A stretch of DNA of 64,000 nucleotides from Candidatus Woesearchaeota archaeon (GCA_964621025.1 CAZUKQ010000001.1:15288-79287), one strand, 5' to 3'; shown: positions 54,999 to 62,876, counted from the stretch's first letter. Notes: generated by a model not told the origin, from the letters alone. A program made the numbers and translations.

Positions 54999-55745
54999 TT
55001 ATTTTTGACAGGTTACAAACCAATCCCACAGAGGTTTTTCTTTTGGAAAATTTTCAAAGTCTGAAATGGCTTTTTTCCAAGGATATTCGACCTTCTGGAA
55101 TTTTATTTCCCTGAAGCCTGCTTTTTCTAATAAATAACTTATCTCAAATTTGTAATAGAACTTCTGAACATCTCCTGCATCCATATAATATCCTAACAGA
55201 TAATCATATTTCGTGTCATCTGCAATTTCTTTTGTGTCTTTAATCGCCTGTTTTTCATCGCTTTTTTTTAACTCTCTGTTCAATACCAACATTCCATCAT
55301 AGATAACTGATTCCATGGATGGCGCTATTAGAAAAAATGTTCCGTCTGCTTTTAGAGATTTGTGAATATTGTCGAAGGATTTTTTTATGTCGTTAAAAGA
55401 AGGCATGATAATTGAATTGACTGAAACAGCAACGTCAAACTTTTCATTGAAGTTCATCTTGGTTGTATCCATTTTTTCAATAGTTATGTTTGGAAAATTG
55501 TTATTCTCTTTAGCTTTCTCAACCATTTTCTCTGAAAAATCAAATGCAAAAACTTCTCCAAAATTTTCTGATAAAAATTTTCCTAGTTCAAATCTACCAC
55601 AACCAAACTCTGCGAGTGTTTTATTTTTTCTATGAGTTAATTTCAATAGTTCTTCCTGAAGTGGATTCTTAACATCTTTTTGGAAAGGACTTATAACTTC
55701 TGTGTGATAATCTTCGGCATATTCATCCCATCTCTTTTCATCCAT
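54999..55745 (-). CDS. class I SAM-dependent methyltransferase
   Basis: Motif I LAEFGCGRFELG and a post-I acidic residue (VFAFDFS). Confidence 0.75.
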   Translation of the reverse strand: MDEKRWDEYAEDYHTEVISPFQKDVKNPLQEELLKLTHRKNKTLAEFGCGRFELGKFLSENFGEVFAFDFSEKMVEKAKENNNFPNITIEKMDTTKMNFNEKFDVAVSVNSIIMPSFNDIKKSFDNIHKSLKADGTFFLIAPSMESVIYDGMLVLNRELKKSDEKQAIKDTKEIADDTKYDYLLGYYMDAGDVQKFYYKFEISYLLEKAGFREIKFQKVEYPWKKAISDFENFPKEKPLWDWFVTCQK

Positions 55746-55804
55746 AGTAAATCAATGAATAGGAATTATATAAGATTTTTGTTTCTTGCTGATATAAGAA
55801 GAAA

Positions 55805-56248
55805 TTAGAATCCAGGAAATAAACCTTCAAGAGCAGGAGGAATAATTTTTTCAAAGAAAGTTGAATCTCTTGTTAAGTCAAAACAACTTCTTTCATTTGT
55901 TCTCAAGAAATATTTGAAATTGGACTCTTTATCTTGATTTTTAACTACCTGATATTTTGTTTCCCTAAGTGGAAAAACATAATCATCTATGGATAGTCCA
56001 CCTACACAGTCTGCTCTTCCTTCTGATTCTAATTGGTGTGCCGTATGAAGAACCCAATCGCCATTTTTGCCACAGGCAACTAAACCTACATATCTTACTC
56101 CGCCTTTTAGCTCAACCATCAGCACCCTATTATCTAAACTATCAAAATCTATGCCTCCAGTTTTAGATCGTCCGAATGTATCTGCGATCATTTCTTTTGG
56201 ATAGAACATACTCATTCTGTAACATTCTTCTTGTATTAGTATTCCCAT
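55805..56248 (-). CDS. hypothetical protein (147 aa)
   Basis: ORF track only. Confidence 0.45.
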   Translation of the reverse strand: MGILIQEECYRMSMFYPKEMIADTFGRSKTGGIDFDSLDNRVLMVELKGGVRYVGLVACGKNGDWVLHTAHQLESEGRADCVGGLSIDDYVFPLRETKYQVVKNQDKESNFKYFLRTNERSCFDLTRDSTFFEKIIPPALEGLFPGF

Positions 56249-56329
56249 GTAATTCTAGAATAGAAATATCCTTTAAATCTTTACCTTTTGATTAGTAAAC
56301 TAATTAAATAACAATTACTGTAATTTTTG

Positions 56330-56533
56330 ATGAGTGTGAGAGATTATAATCCTGAAGGAGTTTCTAAACCTGTTAAATTAATAGTCTGCTCGGTTCTTGC
56401 TGCGACGGCTGTCGGAATTTCTGCTCTGGCTTGGAATGCTTACTATCATCCTAAACCTTCTCCTCATTATGGCTATGCTAACACAACTTCTGTTGTAACT
56501 AATTCGGGTTTGGAAAAGGTAGCGAGTGAATAG
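56330..56533 (+). CDS. small membrane protein (67 aa)
   Basis: ORF track. ATG at 56330. One TM. Confidence 0.35.
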   Translation: MSVRDYNPEGVSKPVKLIVCSVLAATAVGISALAWNAYYHPKPSPHYGYANTTSVVTNSGLEKVASE

Positions 56534-56605
56534 ATTCTATTTTGATACAACTCTTGTGTGGTAACATTTAGAAAGATTTAAAAGCAGAAAATTATTAAGT
56601 TTTAT

Positions 56606-57976
56606 ATGAATTATAAAAAATATTCTTGGAATTTGGGAGGATTGGTAAGGCTTGCTGGAAGAAGAACAGTTGAATTTTTTAGAGATACTCCTGCAGAAAT
56701 TGTCGCTATGGGTGCGTTAGGATTTGCGCTAGCTAGTGGTTTTGCTTTTAACTATGAACATCAAAGAACAAAAAATATTCCAATTAGTTTTTCTGAAATA
56801 CATCAACTTGAAGACCTAGCTGAACAAAGGGGACAACATTTGGGGGAAGTTAGTGAATTTTATGCAAAACTATGGGATGCAAACGCAAAAACCTGCGAGG
56901 CACATAATTATTCTTGGAAAAGTAATCCCTTTGGTAAAAACAGAGAAGGTTTCGCAAGAGAATTAGAAAACCACATGGATAAATCGCTGAAATTTCATAA
57001 GTACAACTTGTCTATGTTGCTAGAGGAACTGCCTACACTTGGAACTAAAGCTCTTGTAAAAATGAAAGACTTTGAAAATCTTAGACCAGAAATTTATGCA
57101 ATAAATAAGACGCTGGATGATGCCTGGGATGAAAGTCACTATGACCACTATAGAACTGAAGTTTATACAGAGACCGAAACTTACACTGGCTCTGATGGCA
57201 AATCTCATACAAGAACTGTAACAAAGACAAGACAGGTTTATGACCACACTACACACAGCTACAAATATCATAAGGATTCTGGTAAAAAGGCAATACAACT
57301 TCTTGACCAATTACTAAAAGATCATCCTTCTTTATCTTGGCCTGAAGAACTTGACAGAGTAAAAGAAACAAATGCTGATGGAGAATACGCTGCAGAATCT
57401 AGCAGAGACACTCAAGGGAAAAAAGTTAGACTTAGCAGAGAAGAACTTCTAGATTTAGCTAACAAATGGAATACTTCTTCAACTTACACCATGAATAGGC
57501 CAGATATTATTTATTCTTTTTCTGAAATGCCTTTACATGCTAATAGTTGGAAAAACAGCGAGGGAAGAAGTCGTAGTACTTCTTACAATACTCATTCCCG
57601 TTCTGACGCTGGTCCAAAAGAATTCAGAGTAGCTGAAGCTGCATTGAAAAATGGAAGAACTTTAGAAAAAAATCTTGGGGAAATTTTAGACGGAGTTAGT
57701 AGAGTTATTTCTGGAGCTCCACAACAAAAAGCGAGAATAGACGAATACATTACTGAAACCTTAGATAAACATGATGGAAATTCTGGAAAGAAACAAAAAG
57801 AAATTATGGGAACTGTATCCAAATGGCAAAGAGATAATTTTCAAGGAAGCGAACGTCTTAATAGATTCAGACCGGGAATTGTTTTGCTTGGCGGACTTTT
57901 AGGCGGCGCAATAGGGGCAGGATTAGGTTTTGGCGTTGACGCTTATACAAATCGAAGAAGATTTTTGATAAGATAA
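56606..57976 (+). CDS. hypothetical protein (456 aa) with N-terminal TM and C-terminal glycine-zipper TM
   Basis: AMGALGFALASGFAF and GIVLLGGLLGGAIGAGLGFGV flank a charged central domain. Confidence 0.5.
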   Translation: MNYKKYSWNLGGLVRLAGRRTVEFFRDTPAEIVAMGALGFALASGFAFNYEHQRTKNIPISFSEIHQLEDLAEQRGQHLGEVSEFYAKLWDANAKTCEAHNYSWKSNPFGKNREGFARELENHMDKSLKFHKYNLSMLLEELPTLGTKALVKMKDFENLRPEIYAINKTLDDAWDESHYDHYRTEVYTETETYTGSDGKSHTRTVTKTRQVYDHTTHSYKYHKDSGKKAIQLLDQLLKDHPSLSWPEELDRVKETNADGEYAAESSRDTQGKKVRLSREELLDLANKWNTSSTYTMNRPDIIYSFSEMPLHANSWKNSEGRSRSTSYNTHSRSDAGPKEFRVAEAALKNGRTLEKNLGEILDGVSRVISGAPQQKARIDEYITETLDKHDGNSGKKQKEIMGTVSKWQRDNFQGSERLNRFRPGIVLLGGLLGGAIGAGLGFGVDAYTNRRRFLIR

Positions 57977-58202
57977 TCTAATAGATTTTACCTAACGGGG
58001 ACAATTTTTTTGGTGAAGACTTAAATAGATAAAATTAGACTAAGTTTTATGACAAGAATTGTAAATCCAGAAAAGGAATGTCCTTGTGACACCTGAAAAG
58101 TTCAGTGCGGAGTCTAAGATTGTTTGTATAGACCTTGATGATACTTCTAGCGGAATAGTTAATGTTTTGGCGTATGAGGGAATAATACCTAGAATAGAAT
58201 AA

Positions 58203-58574
58203 TTATTTCTTAGTCAAAGTTGTCTTCTTGCATTTGTGATTCTCTTCGTATAATCTGCTGACTTCGGAAATTTCGTCGTGCCATTCTTTTTTCTTCCCTT
58301 TAAAAAATAGCTCTTTTTCGCACTTGTTCGCAAGTTTATGTGCTTCGGCATATTTTAAACCAAAATGTCTTTGGAAAATGTCCTCAATTTCTTCATGAAA
58401 AATTATCGGCCTTATATATTTCTTAGGAATTTTCTTTTCAAGCATAATTTCAATTATATTTCTATTAGGTAATTTTTTGTGGTCTGCAACCCTCATCACC
58501 TTATCTCTAAAAACTATCTTCTCTCTCATTAAAATTAAAAGACTGAAGAGATTATAAATCTTCTCTTTAATCAC
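58203..58574 (-). CDS. hypothetical protein (123 aa)
   Basis: ORF track only. Confidence 0.45.
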   Translation of the reverse strand: MIKEKIYNLFSLLILMREKIVFRDKVMRVADHKKLPNRNIIEIMLEKKIPKKYIRPIIFHEEIEDIFQRHFGLKYAEAHKLANKCEKELFFKGKKKEWHDEISEVSRLYEENHKCKKTTLTKK

Positions 58575-58582
58575 AACAAGAA

Positions 58583-58590
58583 TTATAAAC
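58583..58590 (+). promoter_or_regulatory. TATA box (TTATAAAC), starts 28 nt upstream of ATG 58611
   Basis: Fits the -28 TATA rule. Confidence 0.55.
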
Positions 58591-58610
58591 CCTGGAGAGT
58601 ACTAACTTTT

Positions 58611-58907
58611 ATGTTGAGCAAAAATGCTAGATCTCTTTTGAAAAGAGATGACTTGACTCATGTTGAAAGAAGATTATGGGGCTGTCTTGCAAGAGTTGAA
58701 TCAATGGGAGAGGATTCTGGACTTATCGGTTTAGTTATTCCTTCTTGGAACGTAGACGAAGTTTTAGAATTTCCTTGGGATAAATTTCCTGTCAAGCTTA
58801 TGTCAAAATTTGAAGAGGGATACAGGTTTCATACTGAAGCAAATGTTGGGGCTCCAAAAAAGGTTTCTGATTTGTACATTAACATTGATAATTATAGATT
58901 TTATTAG
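58611..58907 (+). CDS. hypothetical protein (98 aa)
   Basis: ORF track with a canonical promoter. Confidence 0.45.
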   Translation: MLSKNARSLLKRDDLTHVERRLWGCLARVESMGEDSGLIGLVIPSWNVDEVLEFPWDKFPVKLMSKFEEGYRFHTEANVGAPKKVSDLYINIDNYRFY

Positions 58908-59197
58908 AAATCTTCTGGAGTCCAGGTTCTTCTTGTTCTAAGAAATAAATTTGCTTTTTCATCATTAGAGACTATTGAATATCGCCATCCTCGTTTGTAA
59001 TCCTGACATTCTAATTTCATAACTGTCGCCGAAAGTAACGCATAATATCTGCCGTGAATAGTTCTTTGATTTATTTTAGATTTTTCTTCTTCAAGTTGTC
59101 TCATTGCTCGCTCAAATAAAATTCGGTCTATATCTCTTCTCTCAAATTCTATTGGGAGTTCTTTAAGTTGTTCGTATGCATCTTCAATGAGAGTCAT
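58904..59197 (-). CDS. hypothetical protein (97 aa), downstream member of an overlapping two-gene pair
   Basis: Its ATG overlaps the stop of 59197-59448 by 1 nt. Confidence 0.45.
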   Translation of the reverse strand: MTLIEDAYEQLKELPIEFERRDIDRILFERAMRQLEEEKSKINQRTIHGRYYALLSATVMKLECQDYKRGWRYSIVSNDEKANLFLRTRRTWTPEDF

Positions 59198-59448
59198 TAT
59201 GATTTTGCGATTCTTTCTAAAGTTTCTTGGCTTGCAAATGCACCTGTTGTAGCAGTCATTCCCCTTATATAGGATCTTTCCGCTGCCTTATATATTGCGT
59301 AAGCTATTCCCGTTTGGTAAGGTTCTCTGATTAGTTCTCTAGATATATTAAAATAAGAATTAAGCTTCTCAAAAAAGGTGTCTTTATTTTCCGGTTTGCC
59401 ATACATTACACGTGCAATCGCTAATTGTCTTAATTTTTGTTTATTCAT
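59197..59448 (-). CDS. hypothetical protein (83 aa), upstream member of an overlapping two-gene pair
   Basis: ORF track. Lies 22 nt downstream of the Lrp-like gene on the same strand. Confidence 0.45.
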   Translation of the reverse strand: MNKQKLRQLAIARVMYGKPENKDTFFEKLNSYFNISRELIREPYQTGIAYAIYKAAERSYIRGMTATTGAFASQETLERIAKS

Positions 59449-59470
59449 TTGATTTTTAGTAAACGAGGTA

Positions 59471-60424
59471 TTAAAAAGATTTAGATAGTTGAAGAGGTAG
59501 AAACTTGTATCTTTCTAATAGGGGGAAAACCTCAAAGTTAGAAATTTCTTTCTCTAGGATTGTTCTTATTTGTGAAAGCGTAGAAATCAGATCTTTATTA
59601 TTTGCTGAATGAAATCTTATCATGCACTGATACTTTCCTTTTGTTTTTTTAAGATAGTGAAGATTTCTCATCTCATGAAGAAGGTTTAGTTTTTTTTCAT
59701 CTATTGTGGAATTTAATTTTAACAGCATAATATATGAACTTAAACCACAACGGTGTTTATTTGTTCTTGTGTAAAAACCCAAGATTACTTTTTCTTTTAG
59801 AAGGCGACTTATCCTATATCTAACTTGGTGTTCTTCTAGTTTCAAACTTTCTGCCAAATCAATAATTCTTGCTCTTCCGTCTTTTGCTAGTAAATTAATT
59901 AGTTGAATGTCTGTTGAATCAATTTTTGTTGAATTAAAATTTAGCTCTACTTTTTTATTAATTTCTTCTGTCCCCGTATCCATTGAGTAAAATTTTAGTT
60001 CTTCCGATTGAATTATGTCCATTTCTTTAATAATTTTAGAATGAACCATCTTCTTAATTTTTTGTTTGACTTCCTTTTTAGTTTTAGCAATCATTTGTAA
60101 TTCTAAATCGTACTTGCCCATAATCCATGTTATCGAAACAAGTTCAGTATTTGATTTTAATTTATTAAGAAATTCTGTATTTGATTTTCCTGGGGAGTTT
60201 AGTCTTATATAAATATGAAAAAGATTTAATTCTAGTTTTGGATAGTTTACAAGGGGGAAATATGAGAGAATGTACATTTCTTTTTTCAACTTATTCATTC
60301 TGTCTCGAACGCTATCTTTTGAGATGTGTGTAATTTTTGCTATTTGGTTGTAACTTAAACGTGCATTGTTACAGATTGCTAGAAGAATTGCATTATCTCT
60401 TGCCGTTAGTTTATAGTTTTTCAT
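59471..60424 (-). CDS. fused double Lrp/AsnC-type transcriptional regulator
   Basis: Two HTH_AsnC-like segments (LTARDNAILLAICNNARLSYNQIAKITHISKDSVRDRMNKL and DIQLINLLAKDGRARIIDLAESLKLEEHQVRYRISRL). Each is followed by a ~70-aa RAM-like region. Confidence 0.7.
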   Translation of the reverse strand: MKNYKLTARDNAILLAICNNARLSYNQIAKITHISKDSVRDRMNKLKKEMYILSYFPLVNYPKLELNLFHIYIRLNSPGKSNTEFLNKLKSNTELVSITWIMGKYDLELQMIAKTKKEVKQKIKKMVHSKIIKEMDIIQSEELKFYSMDTGTEEINKKVELNFNSTKIDSTDIQLINLLAKDGRARIIDLAESLKLEEHQVRYRISRLLKEKVILGFYTRTNKHRCGLSSYIMLLKLNSTIDEKKLNLLHEMRNLHYLKKTKGKYQCMIRFHSANNKDLISTLSQIRTILEKEISNFEVFPLLERYKFLPLQLSKSF

Positions 60425-60445
60425 TTAACTTTATTTTATTTATTC

Positions 60446-60453
60446 TATATATA
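60446..60453 (-). promoter_or_regulatory. TATA-like box (TATATATA) for the Lrp-like gene
   Basis: Starts ~29 nt upstream of ATG 60424 on the minus strand. Confidence 0.45.
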
Positions 60454-60485
60454 CTTTCCGTTTTGGCGCTTTTTTTATGAGAAAG

Positions 60486-60493
60486 TAATATAT
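60486..60493 (+). promoter_or_regulatory. TATA-like box (TAATATAT) for the RiPP-like operon
   Basis: Starts 30 nt upstream of ATG 60516. Confidence 0.45.
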
Positions 60494-60515
60494 ATCTTCC
60501 GATCACCTTAGAAGT

Positions 60516-60839
60516 ATGGAAGACCTAACTTCTAAAGCAAAACCAAAAGAAATAGTTTATATAATGGATCATGAAAGTGTTAATGGGTTTTGTACCATTG
60601 GCTTGTTTGAAGATAGTTCGGTTATCTACAGGCTTACTAAAGATGCCTCACTAATAAGAAAACCTGGAAGACCAGATCATCCTATAGAACTGCGAGATGA
60701 AGAATGTGAAGTATATCGGCCAATTAATCCTAATGATAGTATATCTAGAAATATTGGAAGAACATACGATTCTGAAGAAAGTCTATCAAGAGAATTTGGG
60801 AGACCTTATTATCCTTTAGAACTAGGGGGTGACGAGTAA
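60516..60839 (+). CDS. hypothetical protein (107 aa), first gene of the RiPP-like operon
   Basis: Internal repeat GRPDHPIEL / GRPYYPLEL. Its stop overlaps the ATG of precursor 1 (TAATG). Confidence 0.5.
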   Translation: MEDLTSKAKPKEIVYIMDHESVNGFCTIGLFEDSSVIYRLTKDASLIRKPGRPDHPIELRDEECEVYRPINPNDSISRNIGRTYDSEESLSREFGRPYYPLELGGDE

Positions 60840-61066
60840 TGGTAACTTCTTTACTAGCATTAATTGATGGCTTAAAATTAACTGGTCAAGAAATTTCTTC
60901 CTCAGGTAGACTTGCTTATTCTTCAGTTTATCAAAGAAGTAACGGAGATTGTGGTAGTGATACGGGGGGCTATTGTCATTGTCCAGAAGACAATAACTGC
61001 GACTGTAATCCTAGTGGGGCATATTGCGATTGTCATAGTTTATTCAACGTTGGGGGTAACAAATAA
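60839..61066 (+). CDS. RiPP-like precursor peptide 1 (75 aa)
   Basis: Leader MVTSLLALIDGLKLTGQEISSSGRLAY. Core GDCGSDTGGYCHCPEDNNCDCNPSGAYCDCHS. Tail GGNK. Confidence 0.7.
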   Translation: MVTSLLALIDGLKLTGQEISSSGRLAYSSVYQRSNGDCGSDTGGYCHCPEDNNCDCNPSGAYCDCHSLFNVGGNK

Positions 61067-61154
61067 AATGGTAAATTCATTAATAGCATTATTGGACGGT
61101 TTAAAATTAACAGGTAGAGCAATTTCTTCAGAAGGAAGATTGGCTTATGCAACA
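61055..61154 (+). repeat. 100-nt perfect direct repeat, copy 1 (end of precursor 1 plus leader of precursor 2)
   Basis: GGTAACAAATAAAATGGTAAATTCATTAATAGC...GCTTATGCAACA is identical to 61296-61395 by direct reading. Confidence 0.85.
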
Positions 61155-61307
61155 CAAAAGGTAATAGATTTTAGTTATTCTTGGGACTGTTCTGAATTTA
61201 ACAATTGTGATTGTAACGCAGAGTGTGATTGTGGTGATTGCAATTTTCAAGGAGCAGTGATTACTTCTTCAGATAATAGATACTTCATGAAAGGAGGTAA
61301 CAAATAA
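61068..61307 (+). CDS. RiPP-like precursor peptide 2 (79 aa)
   Basis: Leader MVNSLIALLDGLKLTGRAISSEGRLAYAT. Core SWDCSEFNNCDCNAECDCGDCNFQ. Tail GGNK. This is the real start inside ORF-track 60912-61307. Confidence 0.7.
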   Translation: MVNSLIALLDGLKLTGRAISSEGRLAYATQKVIDFSYSWDCSEFNNCDCNAECDCGDCNFQGAVITSSDNRYFMKGGNK

Positions 61308-61395
61308 AATGGTAAATTCATTAATAGCATTATTGGACGGTTTAAAATTAACAGGTAGAGCAATTTCTTCAGAAGGAAGATTGGCTTATGCAACA
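61296..61395 (+). repeat. 100-nt perfect direct repeat, copy 2 (end of precursor 2 plus leader of precursor 3)
   Basis: Identical to 61055-61154. The repeat period is 241 nt. Confidence 0.85.
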
Positions 61396-61488
61396 GTTGG
61401 TTCTTTGTCCTACAATGGTCACTGTGATTGCGAAGGAAATTGTCAAGTTCCAAGTGGAGATTATTGTCCTGCACCAAGCGACCAATAG
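61309..61488 (+). CDS. RiPP-like precursor peptide 3 (59 aa, not in ORF track)
   Basis: Hand translation gives MVNSLIALLDGLKLTGRAISSEGRLAYATVGSLSYNGHCDCEGNCQVPSGDYCPAPSDQ*. AGGAGGT lies 10 nt upstream. Confidence 0.65.
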   Translation: MVNSLIALLDGLKLTGRAISSEGRLAYATVGSLSYNGHCDCEGNCQVPSGDYCPAPSDQ

Positions 61489-61549
61489 TTTCTTATATAA
61501 ATTTTTTTAATTTTTTTAATAAGCATAAAGAGGGGTGATAAAAACCAAG

Positions 61550-62602
61550 ATGATAAACAAATTCAACGCAGTTTGGTTAGCAGTCACCTACGACTGTCAA
61601 AATAAATGTAAATGGTGTTATGCCTCTTCAAATATGGAGGCTTACCGAGGTAGAAATTTACCTCAAGAAAAAATTGCTCCCACTCTAGATTTATTGAAAG
61701 AACTCGGAGTATCTAGAACTACATTAATTGGAGGTGAACCAACTATTTATAAATTTCTCCCTACACTTTTAGAAGAACATCAAAAAAGAGGGATAAAGGC
61801 CGGATTGGTCACAAATGGAAGAAGATTAAAAGACAAAGAATTTTCTGGCATGATAAAAAAATTAGGAATAGAAAGTCTGACCGTTTCTATAGAAGGATAT
61901 GATTCAAAATCTCAAGACAGTTTAACACAATCACCCGGAAGTTATGAACAAGCTATGGAAGGAATTTACGTTGCTAGTTCTAAAGGAATTAATGTTAGTA
62001 CAAATACTGTAATCAGTAAATCTAGTGTAGACAATCTTGAAAAAATAGTAGACTCTTTAATAGATACTCCTGTAAAATCTCTTTCATTTAATGTTTGTGG
62101 ACCTTGTTTAACGAGTGAAGATAATCCTGAAATTATTAACCCTTCATTAGCTGCTAAAAGATTTGAAGAAATTTACAAATATACTAAGGCAAAAGGAAAG
62201 GTTGCTCGGCTTGTTACCCCCATTCCTTTATGTTTTTTTGAGGAAGAAATAAGAACTGAACTAGCTTCTCAAAAATTGATTTATGGTGGTCCTTGTCAAT
62301 TGGCTCATGGACATAATTTTGTTATTGATTACAATGGAGATTTAATTCCTTGTACACATATGTCTGGTTTTCCAATGGAAAATATTTTTACCAAAGAAGG
62401 GGTTTTATCTTCTGAGAAATTTATTGAGAGATATAATTCTCCTAAAGGAATTCCATTTCAGTTTAGACAGAAATTAAATAGGACTGCATCTGAAAAGTGT
62501 GATTCTCCTAATTGTAATCAGCCATGTTCTGGCGGTTGTCCTTTAATTTGGAAAGGATTCGATCCAGATAAAGAAATAAGGGGTGTCTCCAAACTTTTAT
62601 AA
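61550..62602 (+). CDS. radical SAM enzyme with C-terminal SPASM-like domain (peptide maturase candidate)
   Basis: CQNKCKWC (C-x3-C-x2-C), LIGGEPT, C-terminal GDLIPC (G-x4-C) and CDSPNCNQPCSGGC. Start at ATG 61550, with GGGGTGAT 10 nt upstream. The ORF track uses GTG 61535. Confidence 0.85.
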   Translation: MINKFNAVWLAVTYDCQNKCKWCYASSNMEAYRGRNLPQEKIAPTLDLLKELGVSRTTLIGGEPTIYKFLPTLLEEHQKRGIKAGLVTNGRRLKDKEFSGMIKKLGIESLTVSIEGYDSKSQDSLTQSPGSYEQAMEGIYVASSKGINVSTNTVISKSSVDNLEKIVDSLIDTPVKSLSFNVCGPCLTSEDNPEIINPSLAAKRFEEIYKYTKAKGKVARLVTPIPLCFFEEEIRTELASQKLIYGGPCQLAHGHNFVIDYNGDLIPCTHMSGFPMENIFTKEGVLSSEKFIERYNSPKGIPFQFRQKLNRTASEKCDSPNCNQPCSGGCPLIWKGFDPDKEIRGVSKLL

Positions 62603-62624
62603 ACTTCCTAGTGATTAGATTATT

Positions 62625-62834
62625 ATGGCAAAGAAAAAAGAAAAAGATGTCTGCTGTCGAAGTTATTCGGCCGGTTCTTGCGGAAGTGGTGTCTATGGTC
62701 TTGGCTTTTTAGGAGCTATGATTTACTACATCTCCACTGCAACAAGTTTCTGGGCAGGCGCTTTAGGAATTTTGAAAGCTTTGGTTTGGCCAGCTTTCTT
62801 AGTTTATGAAGTTTTGAAATCTTTAGCTGCTTAA
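62625..62834 (+). CDS. small 2-TM membrane protein with Cys-rich N-terminus (69 aa)
   Basis: MAKKKEKDVCCRSYSAGSCGSG, then GLGFLGAMIYYI and LKALVWPAFLVYEVL. Lies 22 nt after the radical SAM gene. Confidence 0.55.
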   Translation: MAKKKEKDVCCRSYSAGSCGSGVYGLGFLGAMIYYISTATSFWAGALGILKALVWPAFLVYEVLKSLAA

Positions 62835-62876
62835 GTTTTAAGAGAAAAATTGTAGAATTGTTCTAAATGAAATTTT

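Noticed and set aside
58049-58202. Possible frameshifted gene remnant in the 226-nt spacer (MTRIVNPEKECPCDT* followed, in the +1 frame, by PEKFSAESKIVCIDLDDTSSGIVNVLAYEGIIPRIE*)
   Set aside because: No recognisable homology and no clear start for the second frame. It could be a decayed gene or plain non-coding DNA. The evidence is insufficient for a pseudogene call.
60912-61067. N-terminal 52 residues of the 131-aa ORF 60912-61307
   Set aside because: This part is an out-of-frame reading across precursor 1 (I/V-rich artefact). The conserved leader begins at ATG 61068, directly after the precursor-1 stop.
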